DNA of 64,000 nt from an uncultured Balneola sp. GTDB lineage: Bacteria > Bacteroidota > Rhodothermia > Balneolales > Balneolaceae. The translations under genes were made by a program, and so were the position numbers. The stretch covers positions 4,654-68,653 of the forward strand of contig CABZWK010000008.1 in assembly GCA_902529365.1 (NCBI GenBank). The letters are read 5' to 3'. Under the pieces are notes generated by a model. It did not search any database, had not been told where the DNA came from, and worked only from the letters and a program-made list of their open reading frames with translations. This document shows positions 32,806 to 41,108 of this stretch, one piece after another (the stretch's first letter is position 1; each line of letters opens with the position of its first letter).

Positions 32806-34227
32806 TTAAGCCTTAACCATAAGATTGCGTTTCTGTAGGTAAGGCTCAACCTGGTCAGCAATTAACACTACCTCATACCCATGTTTTTGTAGCAAAGCAG
32901 AAGTATAAGCCGCTCTTCCACCAGCCTGACAATGTACCAGTAGTGGTTTATCAGCAGGTATCTTGTCAAGATTTTCGAGGATACGAGTATGAGCAAAGTT
33001 AAGTGCTCCAGGTACCGCGCCTGTAGCATGTTCTGATTCTTTGCGAGTATCGAGTACACGATAGTTACCGGTCTCATTATATCCATCGAATTCTGAAAAA
33101 GTAATTGTTTCGGTCGTAACTACCTCTAGGTCTTGCTTTGCATATAGTTCTGACGGGGTTATATATCCGCTAATATTATCTAAGCCAATGCGGATTAAAT
33201 CGAGTATTGCTTCGTGGAGTGTATCCTCTTCTACAACCAGGTACATATGTTTATCCTCCATTACAAAAGACCCAACCGTAGTGTTGAAGGCTTTGTTGAC
33301 TGGAGCAAACAAAGCACCCTTAAGGTGATTGGCCATAAAAGCTTCGCGTTCACGCGTATCAATAACCACGGCGGATTCGTTGGAGTGAACCGCAGAAACA
33401 AACTCATCTGCTGTCATTTTTTGTGGCTTTGGCAAGTCTCCAAGTACCTTCGGACCCATTTTATTGTCACGTTTCATACGAACAAAATAAAGAGGTGGCT
33501 CTGGTTGTCCATCTAGTATAAAGTTCACAAAATCCTGCTCAGTAATAGCCGCACGAATAGAATTGTTAAACCTCATTTCATAACCTACCGTAGAATCTGG
33601 CACGGCACCTAAGGCTTTACCACAGGCACTTCCGGCTCCATGACCAGGCCAGACCTGGACATAGGATGCTAAATCTTTGAATTTGTCCAATGATTTGTAC
33701 AGTATTCTTGCCGACTCCTCCATCAAACCTTCCATACCTGCAGCCGATTCTAACAAATCGGGACGACCTACATCACCCACAAATACGAAATCCCCTGAGC
33801 AAATACCCATAGGCTCATCGGTAGTAGCTCCATCGGATACTAAATAACTGATATGCTCTGAAGTGTGACCAGGACTATGAACCGCTTTGAATATGATGTT
33901 TCCGATTTTAAGGGTATCATTGTCAGTCAACAATTCGTAATTGTAGTCGCTATTTTTAAGCCACTCATATTTCCAATTTTCATCGCCTTCATCGGAGGCA
34001 TACACTTTTACCCCTCGGGCGGCAAATTCCCGAAGCCCTGAGATATAATCGGCATGAATGTGCGTATCGGCCGCGGCAACAATAGTTAATCCGTGCTTGG
34101 CAGCTAGTTTATTGTATCGATCAATATCTCTCATAGGATCGATAACCACTGCTTCTCCTGATTTCTGGCAACCTATTACATAGGCATACTGTGCTAACTT
34201 TTCCTCAAATATTTGTTCAAAAAACAT
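32806..34227 (-). CDS. metallo-beta-lactamase-fold persulfide dioxygenase fused to rhodanese domains (Blh/CstB-like)
   Basis: 473 aa with the MBL motif DTHIHADYISG and HSPGHTSEH. The C-terminal rhodanese domain has the active-site loop HCQAGGRA. Confidence 0.8.
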   Translation of the reverse strand: MFFEQIFEEKLAQYAYVIGCQKSGEAVVIDPMRDIDRYNKLAAKHGLTIVAAADTHIHADYISGLREFAARGVKVYASDEGDENWKYEWLKNSDYNYELLTDNDTLKIGNIIFKAVHSPGHTSEHISYLVSDGATTDEPMGICSGDFVFVGDVGRPDLLESAAGMEGLMEESARILYKSLDKFKDLASYVQVWPGHGAGSACGKALGAVPDSTVGYEMRFNNSIRAAITEQDFVNFILDGQPEPPLYFVRMKRDNKMGPKVLGDLPKPQKMTADEFVSAVHSNESAVVIDTREREAFMANHLKGALFAPVNKAFNTTVGSFVMEDKHMYLVVEEDTLHEAILDLIRIGLDNISGYITPSELYAKQDLEVVTTETITFSEFDGYNETGNYRVLDTRKESEHATGAVPGALNFAHTRILENLDKIPADKPLLVHCQAGGRAAYTSALLQKHGYEVVLIADQVEPYLQKRNLMVKA

Positions 34228-34293
34228 GATGACTTTACATTAGTTGTGTTTGGTTAGCTGGTTAAGCGATCATCTCTTGAACCAGATTAATTT

Positions 34294-34342
34294 TTGTATA
34301 ATAGTACAAATAACTGTACACTTGTAACAACATGTTATTACA
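34294..34342. promoter_or_regulatory. two palindromes in the divergent promoter region; candidate operator sites
   Basis: TTGTA-N6-TACAA lies at 34294..34309. TGTAACAACATGTTATTACA (18 of 20 positions self-complementary) lies at 34323..34342. Further GTAC-containing half-sites are nearby. HutC/GntR operators are typically GT...AC palindromes. Confidence 0.3.
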
Positions 34343-34416
34343 TTTAGTACAGGTTTGATTTTATTTATTCTGTGCTATCTACACAGGCATAGGTAAAATA
34401 ATGTACAAAAACCGTT

Positions 34417-35205
34417 ATGGAAGAACATTCTAAACCCCGACATGAACAAATTGCGCATCAACTACGCAGAGAAATAAGAGAAGATTATTTCCAAGAAGGG
34501 GATAAATTACCTTCTGAAAAAAGGCTTTGTGAATACTTCCAAGTGAGTCGTATAACCGTACGAAGAGCCCTACAAACCCTAGAAAATGAAAGCTTAATTT
34601 ACAGAAAGCAAGGACTTGGGGCCTTTGTTATGGCTAGGAATAATGAAAGCCCACTAATACAACTCACCGATTTTGCAGAGGACTTAAAAAAAGCAGGGTA
34701 TCAAGCAACATCAAAAATAATCTGTTTTAAAAAAACTAAAGAAAAAGTTAACATAAACCCGAAACTTGGTCTCTCTCCAACCAGTCAGCTTATCAAGTTA
34801 GAGCGGATTCGATATGCTAATAATGAAATTGTTGCTTTTGATCAGACATGGTTACCGGGAAGTTATGGTCAACTTTTGTTCGATGAGGATCTAGAAAACA
34901 AAACTATCTACGAAATACTTGAAGAAAAATATGAAATCCCTATAACCGCTGGTTCTTATACCTTTACTGCTGTGAATTCAAATAAAGAAGTCGCCCAGCA
35001 TATGGGCTTAAGTGAATCCGCTGCCCTTCTTTGTATTGAGCGATGCTCAAAAACCCTCGGCAACAAACGCGTTTATTACCAATACCGGTATCTCAATCCA
35101 ACATTTATAAGCTATGAAATTGAGTTGAACCGAGATGAAAACTCGCTAGACTCAACCAAGAATGGCATGCCTCTTAAACAGTTCGTTCCTAGGTTTAGTG
35201 TTTGA
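34417..35205 (+). CDS. GntR family transcriptional regulator, HutC subfamily (UTRA effector domain)
   Basis: 262 aa with the wHTH LPSEKRLCEYFQVSRITVRRALQTLENESLIYRKQGLGAFV and a C-terminal UTRA-like domain. Confidence 0.85.
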   Translation: MEEHSKPRHEQIAHQLRREIREDYFQEGDKLPSEKRLCEYFQVSRITVRRALQTLENESLIYRKQGLGAFVMARNNESPLIQLTDFAEDLKKAGYQATSKIICFKKTKEKVNINPKLGLSPTSQLIKLERIRYANNEIVAFDQTWLPGSYGQLLFDEDLENKTIYEILEEKYEIPITAGSYTFTAVNSNKEVAQHMGLSESAALLCIERCSKTLGNKRVYYQYRYLNPTFISYEIELNRDENSLDSTKNGMPLKQFVPRFSV

Positions 35206-36189
35206 TGTACCCTGCTGGATAATTTTTTTGATTAAGCTTTTTTCATCACACACTTCTGGTAGGTCGAGGTGTTTACCGGACTGTAGCCACTGCCGGAGTT
35301 GAAAGACAAATTCTGAGCCAATATCATATACCACTTTTCCACCTAACTGCTTTATAGCTGCCGCATTGCATAATTGCTCGTACTGATTCTTAATGGGAAT
35401 GGTAAAAAGCTTTTTTCTCAGGTACATAGATTCGGAGGTCGTTTCAAAGCCTGTAGCGGAAACAATACCTTCGCATGATTCTATACTCTCCAAAAAACTT
35501 TCGTTACCCACAGGGCGTACCCAAACATTCTCATCCCAATAGTCTTGCTCACAATCAGCAGTAAAAAAGTGCCATTTAACCTCTCTTACCTCTTTAAAGT
35601 AAGGAAGTAGTTCTGAGGCATTAAAAGCCGGCAGATAGACGGTCACGTGGTCTTGACGAAATGGACTTAGTAGTTGAATCTGTTTCCGGACTATCGGTGG
35701 CTCTATGAAGGAATCATAACGTAAGTAATGGCAAGCCACCGTAGAATTTGAGGGAGCAAAATGACGGAGAATACCTTCGGCCACCAGTGATTTTTTCTTG
35801 GGCCTTGGGGTCTTCTCAGATAAAAATGAGGCTTGATGACTTATGGCCACACAGCTAATCCCCGCCGTTTGAGCTGCCCAAGCTGTCACAGGCTCATAGT
35901 CATTGACTACAAAATCATAATCTTCTACCGGCAAGGATTGAATATCCTGAAGGAGTTTAACAGGTTGAATATTGAGTGCTGTCTCCAACACATCCACACT
36001 CCCCTTTTGATCATATGCCAAGCTGATTCCACGAGCTTTGTAGGTGATTTCACCGTCGAGGTGTAACTTGAAATTATAACCACTTATAAGCACGTCTACC
36101 TGTGCAATCTCACGTAGACGGGGTAAAATTACTCGGGCCCTACTAATATGACCGTGTCCGGTGCCCTGTACACCATATAATATCTTCAT
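35152..36189 (-). CDS. GT-B fold glycosyltransferase (MJ1255/TIGR00661-like family)
   Basis: 345 aa with the N-terminal G-rich loop MKILYGVQGTGHGHISRA. Its 3' end overlaps the convergent GntR gene by 54 nt. Confidence 0.65.
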   Translation of the reverse strand: MKILYGVQGTGHGHISRARVILPRLREIAQVDVLISGYNFKLHLDGEITYKARGISLAYDQKGSVDVLETALNIQPVKLLQDIQSLPVEDYDFVVNDYEPVTAWAAQTAGISCVAISHQASFLSEKTPRPKKKSLVAEGILRHFAPSNSTVACHYLRYDSFIEPPIVRKQIQLLSPFRQDHVTVYLPAFNASELLPYFKEVREVKWHFFTADCEQDYWDENVWVRPVGNESFLESIESCEGIVSATGFETTSESMYLRKKLFTIPIKNQYEQLCNAAAIKQLGGKVVYDIGSEFVFQLRQWLQSGKHLDLPEVCDEKSLIKKIIQQGTSNTKPRNELFKRHAILG

Positions 36190-36255
36190 GCTTCATACTG
36201 TTCTGAGGTTCTTCTCATAGCAAGGCTACCTGGTTCGTTGAACATGTGACTGGAG

Positions 36256-37101
36256 TTACGCTTGTCCCATCGATCCGGTTTTCAATCCCTGATCGTATCC
36301 GTTGATTAAACTAGGGTGAGCAGCTATCATTGGGGTAATATTTGAGCTTTGATGAACAAGGGCATCTGTTTCGTACCGGTAGAGACTCCACTCTTCCCCA
36401 TCGTATTCTAAAGAGGTAAGGTTTTCCACCCAATCGCCAGAATTCATGTAGATTACCGAACCTTCTTCATTTTCGTACCCCCGTATTTTGGGTTGGTGAA
36501 TATGCCCACAAACAACATAATCGTGCCCTTCTTGAATAGCTAATTCCATGGCAGTAACTTCGAAATCATCGATAAAGTTAACGGCTGTTTTTACGCTATC
36601 CTTGATCTTTTTTGAAAGAGACAATTTCCCATATCCCATACGAACTGATACAGAATTAACCCACCTGTTTAAGAGTATCAATAATTCATACCCATGGCCA
36701 CCCAACTTCGCCAGCCATTTCGAATATTTCATAGTTACATCAAATATATCCCCATGAAAAAACCAGATCTTTTCTCCATTTAATTCTAATACTAATTTAT
36801 CACGCACAAATAATGGACCTAATTGCAAGCTGGAAATCTTACGAAGCGTTTCATCATGATTGCCAGTGAGATAGTATATGTCAACCCCATTAGTCATCAT
36901 CGTAATGAGTGTACGGATTACATGCATATGCGCTTCCGGCCAATAATACTTTTTGAATTGCCACATATCAATAAAATCCCCGTTTAAGATTATCCGTTTA
37001 GGATCTATTGATTTTAGGTATTGGATAAGCTCGACCGCGTGACAACCCACTGTTCCCAAATGCACGTCCGAAATTACAACCGTGTCTAATGTTCGTTTCA
37101 T
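36256..37101 (-). CDS. calcineurin-like metallophosphoesterase, LpxH (UDP-2,3-diacylglucosamine diphosphatase)-like
   Basis: 281 aa with the metallophosphoesterase motifs DVHLG, GDFIDMW, GNHD and GHIH. Confidence 0.7.
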   Translation of the reverse strand: MKRTLDTVVISDVHLGTVGCHAVELIQYLKSIDPKRIILNGDFIDMWQFKKYYWPEAHMHVIRTLITMMTNGVDIYYLTGNHDETLRKISSLQLGPLFVRDKLVLELNGEKIWFFHGDIFDVTMKYSKWLAKLGGHGYELLILLNRWVNSVSVRMGYGKLSLSKKIKDSVKTAVNFIDDFEVTAMELAIQEGHDYVVCGHIHQPKIRGYENEEGSVIYMNSGDWVENLTSLEYDGEEWSLYRYETDALVHQSSNITPMIAAHPSLINGYDQGLKTGSMGQA

Positions 37102-37434
37102 ATGTGTAGATGATAATTATTAACATATAATAAACACTAAATGTGTTACCATAGCGTAAACCCATCATTAGTAAATTATTAACTAATAGATAGGAAGTGT
37201 GTCTAGGCGGATGCTAGAATTAACTCATTCTTTTTCTGTTTAACCGATAAAAACTTGTCATTTATGGCTAATCAAAGCAAGTTATGTTTATATTAAGTTT
37301 GAACAGCACTAAACGACATCAACAAGAACCTATTAGATTTCGAAACAGGTCTGCGAGAAACATTGTTTATAGCTTTGTTTACTCTATGATGTACTAATAC
37401 TTGGCGATACTCATTAATCTTGCATAGTTCACTG

Positions 37435-37803
37435 ATGAACCCATCAAAACAAATCCTCCTTTACGTAGTTTTTGCTTTAAGCCTCACAAATACTGGCTGT
37501 GAGTCGATTTTTTTAAACGAACAGTCCACCGACTTTACTCAATGGATTAAGCATGCGGCCGCGGTAGAACAATGTATTCCTTACGAGTTTGCAACCATTG
37601 AGGATGCATTAAAGGAATTAAGTCAAGCCAACATAGAAGTGTTAAGCTCAAAAAAAATTGAATTCTCTGTTTGCAGTGCTTGCTTTTGCCCAGTTGGCCT
37701 TGAATACTATGCGCTCATAGCCCAAAAACAACTAACCACAGCGGTTGAAATAGGATGGACGGTGGTCAACGATTCAACTCAAACTCATTCAATGACGCAG
37801 TAA
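37435..37803 (+). CDS. hypothetical lipoprotein
   Basis: I placed the start at the ATG at 37435 (the ORF-track TTG is at 37420). It has a signal peptide with a lipobox (ALSLTNTGC) and several Cys residues. I recognise no family. Confidence 0.45.
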   Translation: MNPSKQILLYVVFALSLTNTGCESIFLNEQSTDFTQWIKHAAAVEQCIPYEFATIEDALKELSQANIEVLSSKKIEFSVCSACFCPVGLEYYALIAQKQLTTAVEIGWTVVNDSTQTHSMTQ

Positions 37804-37850
37804 TGATGATGGATTTAAACTACGATTACTCACACCCCTAAAACTAAACT

Positions 37851-39179
37851 ATGTCTGAACCTACTTCTATTCCCTTTTTAAAAGTTGGATTTACTGACCT
37901 AGACGGTGTAGTCAGGGGTAAATACATTCCTTATTCAAAAATTGAGCAATCCATTGAAAAAGGAATAGGGTTTTGTAATGTTGTATTTGGTTGGGATATG
38001 CATGATGAGTGTTACACAAAAAATAGTGTGAGCGGATGGAGAACTGGCTTTCCCGATGGAGTTTTAAAACTAGATTCCACCACCCTAAGGAAACTATCAT
38101 GGGAAAAAGGGATTGAATTGTACCTGGGTGATTTTTCGGAGGATCCGCTCTTGAACGCTGTATGTCCTCGTTCTCTTCTCAAGAGGATACAAACGCAGGC
38201 TAGTGAGGCAGGTTATCAAGCAAAATTTGGGGCTGAATTTGAGTGGTTTATGTTCCATAAAAATTCCGAAGACACCTCTGCTAACAATTATCAAATCATG
38301 ACCCCACTAAGTTCTGGAATGTTTGGTTATTCGGTGCTCAGAACCACCCAATTTCAAGAATTAACCCATCGTATTCTATCCGATTTAACAGCTGCAAAAC
38401 TACCATTAGATGGCCTACACACAGAAACAGGGCCTGGAGTATACGAAGCAGCTATTAGCTATAGTGATGCTCTAGAAATGGCAGACCAATCCTCCCTGTT
38501 TAAATTAGGTATTAAACAAATAGCTAATGAATTTGATTTAATGGCTAGTTTTATGGCCAAATGGTCACCACTTTATCCTGGTTGCAGTGGTCATTTGCAC
38601 CAAAGTTTATGGGACACAAAGGGGCAGAATATGTTTTACAGCTCAGATAATGAATTTGGACTTAGTACTGTTGCTCAACAATACCTCGCCGGTCAACTAT
38701 ACTGTCTGCCGTTTATCCTGCCCATGTTTGCTCCTACCGTGAATTCTTATAGACGTTATGTGGCCGGTTCGTGGGCTCCCACAACCCTTAGCTGGGGAGT
38801 GGATAACCGAACAACCGCTATTCGAGTTGTGCCTGAAATGTCTGGGGATAGGCATCTAGAGCACCGTGTAAGTGGAGCTGACATAAATCCCTATTTGGCT
38901 ATCAGCGCCTGTTTAGCTAGTGGACTATATGGCATTAAAAACAAGATTCCTTTGACTGTAGAACCTTGCAATGGGAATGCCTATGAGCAAACAAATCTAA
39001 GCAAACTTCCTGGATCACTCACCGAAGCAGTGTATCAAATGAAGCACTCTGAATTGGCAATTGAACTTTTTGGACGGCCATTCGTCGATCATTTTATCCT
39101 AAGCAGAGAATGGGAATTAGAACAGTCACTAGGAGAGGATTGGGATTGGGAATTACAACGTTATTTTGAAATCATATAG
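37851..39179 (+). CDS. glutamine synthetase-family ATP-dependent glutamate-amine ligase (GlnA/PuuA-like); substrate unknown
   Basis: 442 aa with GS catalytic-domain stretches: GAEFEWF, HTETGPGVYEAAI, SGHLHQSLW, NSYRR and DNRTTAIRV. Confidence 0.8.
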   Translation: MSEPTSIPFLKVGFTDLDGVVRGKYIPYSKIEQSIEKGIGFCNVVFGWDMHDECYTKNSVSGWRTGFPDGVLKLDSTTLRKLSWEKGIELYLGDFSEDPLLNAVCPRSLLKRIQTQASEAGYQAKFGAEFEWFMFHKNSEDTSANNYQIMTPLSSGMFGYSVLRTTQFQELTHRILSDLTAAKLPLDGLHTETGPGVYEAAISYSDALEMADQSSLFKLGIKQIANEFDLMASFMAKWSPLYPGCSGHLHQSLWDTKGQNMFYSSDNEFGLSTVAQQYLAGQLYCLPFILPMFAPTVNSYRRYVAGSWAPTTLSWGVDNRTTAIRVVPEMSGDRHLEHRVSGADINPYLAISACLASGLYGIKNKIPLTVEPCNGNAYEQTNLSKLPGSLTEAVYQMKHSELAIELFGRPFVDHFILSREWELEQSLGEDWDWELQRYFEII

Positions 39180-40220
39180 ATGAGTTTTATCGATTTTAAT
39201 GCCATTGTTCAGAGTGCTTGGGATACCTACGATTCCAGTCGTGAACTTCTTCAAATTGAAGATATTTCAGCCAAGGTTTCAACTAATCACGTCTATCGAA
39301 TGATTCTATCAGACAAAACGAGCATAGTCGCTAAACTATCCTACTTTGGTCGCTACGAACATTTTGTTGAAGATCATAGTATTATCAATAGTTTATCTAA
39401 TAACCTACCCAATCCTTTTGAGGATGTACTATCTAGGTCCTTAATGAAGGGTAATGGGTTATTTGTGTATCGACACAAGGAAGAACCAGCGGATGTTTGG
39501 GTGGTATTTTACCGACCTATCAAAACTAGACATAAACTCCCCAAGCGCTTAGACGAGGAACAAATTATCAAATTTGGTAATCAAATGGGCCAATTCCATA
39601 CTGCTTGTGAAAAAGTGCGCCACACTCTCCCCTCATCTTCAAAAACATTAATGGTGGATATTGATGACTTACTTGTTCATCTAGATACTGATGAAGGCCG
39701 TTTTGAACATTTTATGTATCGGGATCTAATTCGTGAGCATGCAGAAAAATTCAAACATAATTTCATAAAGTTAGAGGCCCATCGCCTTGTTCGCATTCCT
39801 GTATTTGTGGACTGGAACATCGGAAATTTCTCGGTTACTAATGGTTTGAGATTGTACTCAAGGTGGGATTATGACTGGTTCCGCGTAAGTAGTCGTACGT
39901 TGGATTTTTACTTTTTTGCGCGTGTAGTTTCCGATATTGGTGACCGGACCATGTTTATCTATAATATAGACATTTTAATGCACGAGCGATTCAAATTATT
40001 TTTAAACTCCTACCATCTGGTGAACCCACTAACTGAGCGAGAAATTTTATTCCTAAAGGAAGCCTACCGCTTTTTTTTATTAAACTATGTGGTTAAGTAT
40101 GGACGATTTTTTTTCCACGAGTTATTTGCAAACACCCTACAAAAAGAAACCTTTGAAACTCACTTACCTAGCTTAGATGATCGCTTCGATCCATCCAGCT
40201 TATTGGATATCCTAAGCTAA
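39180..40220 (+). CDS. hypothetical protein with a protein-kinase-like/APH (phosphotransferase) fold
   Basis: 346 aa. Its ATG immediately follows the upstream TAG. APH-like landmarks seen by eye are STNHVYRM, IVAKL (candidate ATP Lys), FVDWNIGNF (D-x4-N, with Val where HxD has His) and WDYDW (candidate metal-binding Asp). Confidence 0.45.
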   Translation: MSFIDFNAIVQSAWDTYDSSRELLQIEDISAKVSTNHVYRMILSDKTSIVAKLSYFGRYEHFVEDHSIINSLSNNLPNPFEDVLSRSLMKGNGLFVYRHKEEPADVWVVFYRPIKTRHKLPKRLDEEQIIKFGNQMGQFHTACEKVRHTLPSSSKTLMVDIDDLLVHLDTDEGRFEHFMYRDLIREHAEKFKHNFIKLEAHRLVRIPVFVDWNIGNFSVTNGLRLYSRWDYDWFRVSSRTLDFYFFARVVSDIGDRTMFIYNIDILMHERFKLFLNSYHLVNPLTEREILFLKEAYRFFLLNYVVKYGRFFFHELFANTLQKETFETHLPSLDDRFDPSSLLDILS

Positions 40221-40259
40221 TCTATTTTCTCACTCACTTGAAACAAACACTCATTTTCT

Positions 40260-41108
40260 ATGAATTATTCTAGTTTTTCACGAGTCATTGAAGATTACAA
40301 AGTTGTTATGCTCGATTCCTATGGTGTCGTAAAAAATCATAAAGGTCTTATCGATGGAGTTCAAGAAAGCATACGAACACTAAAACAAAAAGGGAAGACT
40401 TTTCGACTTCTAACCAACGATGCTTCACGCAGTCAAAAACAACAATTGGAAAGCCTGCAGCGCCTGGGATTACATGACATTGAATTACATGAAATAATTA
40501 CTTCCGGGATGATGGCTAGGCAGTTTTTAGAACAAAAAATTACCTCCGGACGTATTGCCTATTTAGGTACCCAAAATTCAGCTGATTATATTCTACAATC
40601 AGGTTTAAAACATGTTGCAGCTGGTGATGTAGACCTAAATGATATTGATGATATTGCCGCCTTTGTTTTTCTGGATGATGAAGGATTTGATTGGAATACC
40701 GATATAAACAAAACGGTCAATTTGCTTCGTAAGAAAACCATGCCGGTGATATTAGCTAATTCAGATAAATATTACCCAGTAGCTAAACATGATATAGCCG
40801 TGGCCACCGGTGGTATTGCTAAACTAGTAGAGAGTATGTTGGGAAAAAAATTCATTCATTTTGGTAAACCAGATTCACAGATGTTTATGTATGCCTATGA
40901 AAGTCTCGTTCAGGAAATTGGCCCATTAGAAAAAAACGACGTACTAATGGTGGGCGACACACTTGAGACCGATATACTGGGTGGAAACCGTTTTGGTGTA
41001 GGTACAATGCTGGTTCTCTCTGGAAACTCTAGATCAGAGCACATTGAACGCGAAATTTCGGCCACTGGTATAATTCCTGATTATATTTGTGAGGATATAC
41101 TTAGCTAG
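40260..41108 (+). CDS. HAD-superfamily subfamily IIA hydrolase (NagD-like) with a non-canonical motif I
   Basis: 282 aa. Motif I is MLDSYGVV, motif II LLTND, motif III FGKPD and motif [14 protein letters not shown]. The cap position matches the IIA layout. Confidence 0.7.
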   Translation: MNYSSFSRVIEDYKVVMLDSYGVVKNHKGLIDGVQESIRTLKQKGKTFRLLTNDASRSQKQQLESLQRLGLHDIELHEIITSGMMARQFLEQKITSGRIAYLGTQNSADYILQSGLKHVAAGDVDLNDIDDIAAFVFLDDEGFDWNTDINKTVNLLRKKTMPVILANSDKYYPVAKHDIAVATGGIAKLVESMLGKKFIHFGKPDSQMFMYAYESLVQEIGPLEKNDVLMVGDTLETDILGGNRFGVGTMLVLSGNSRSEHIEREISATGIIPDYICEDILS

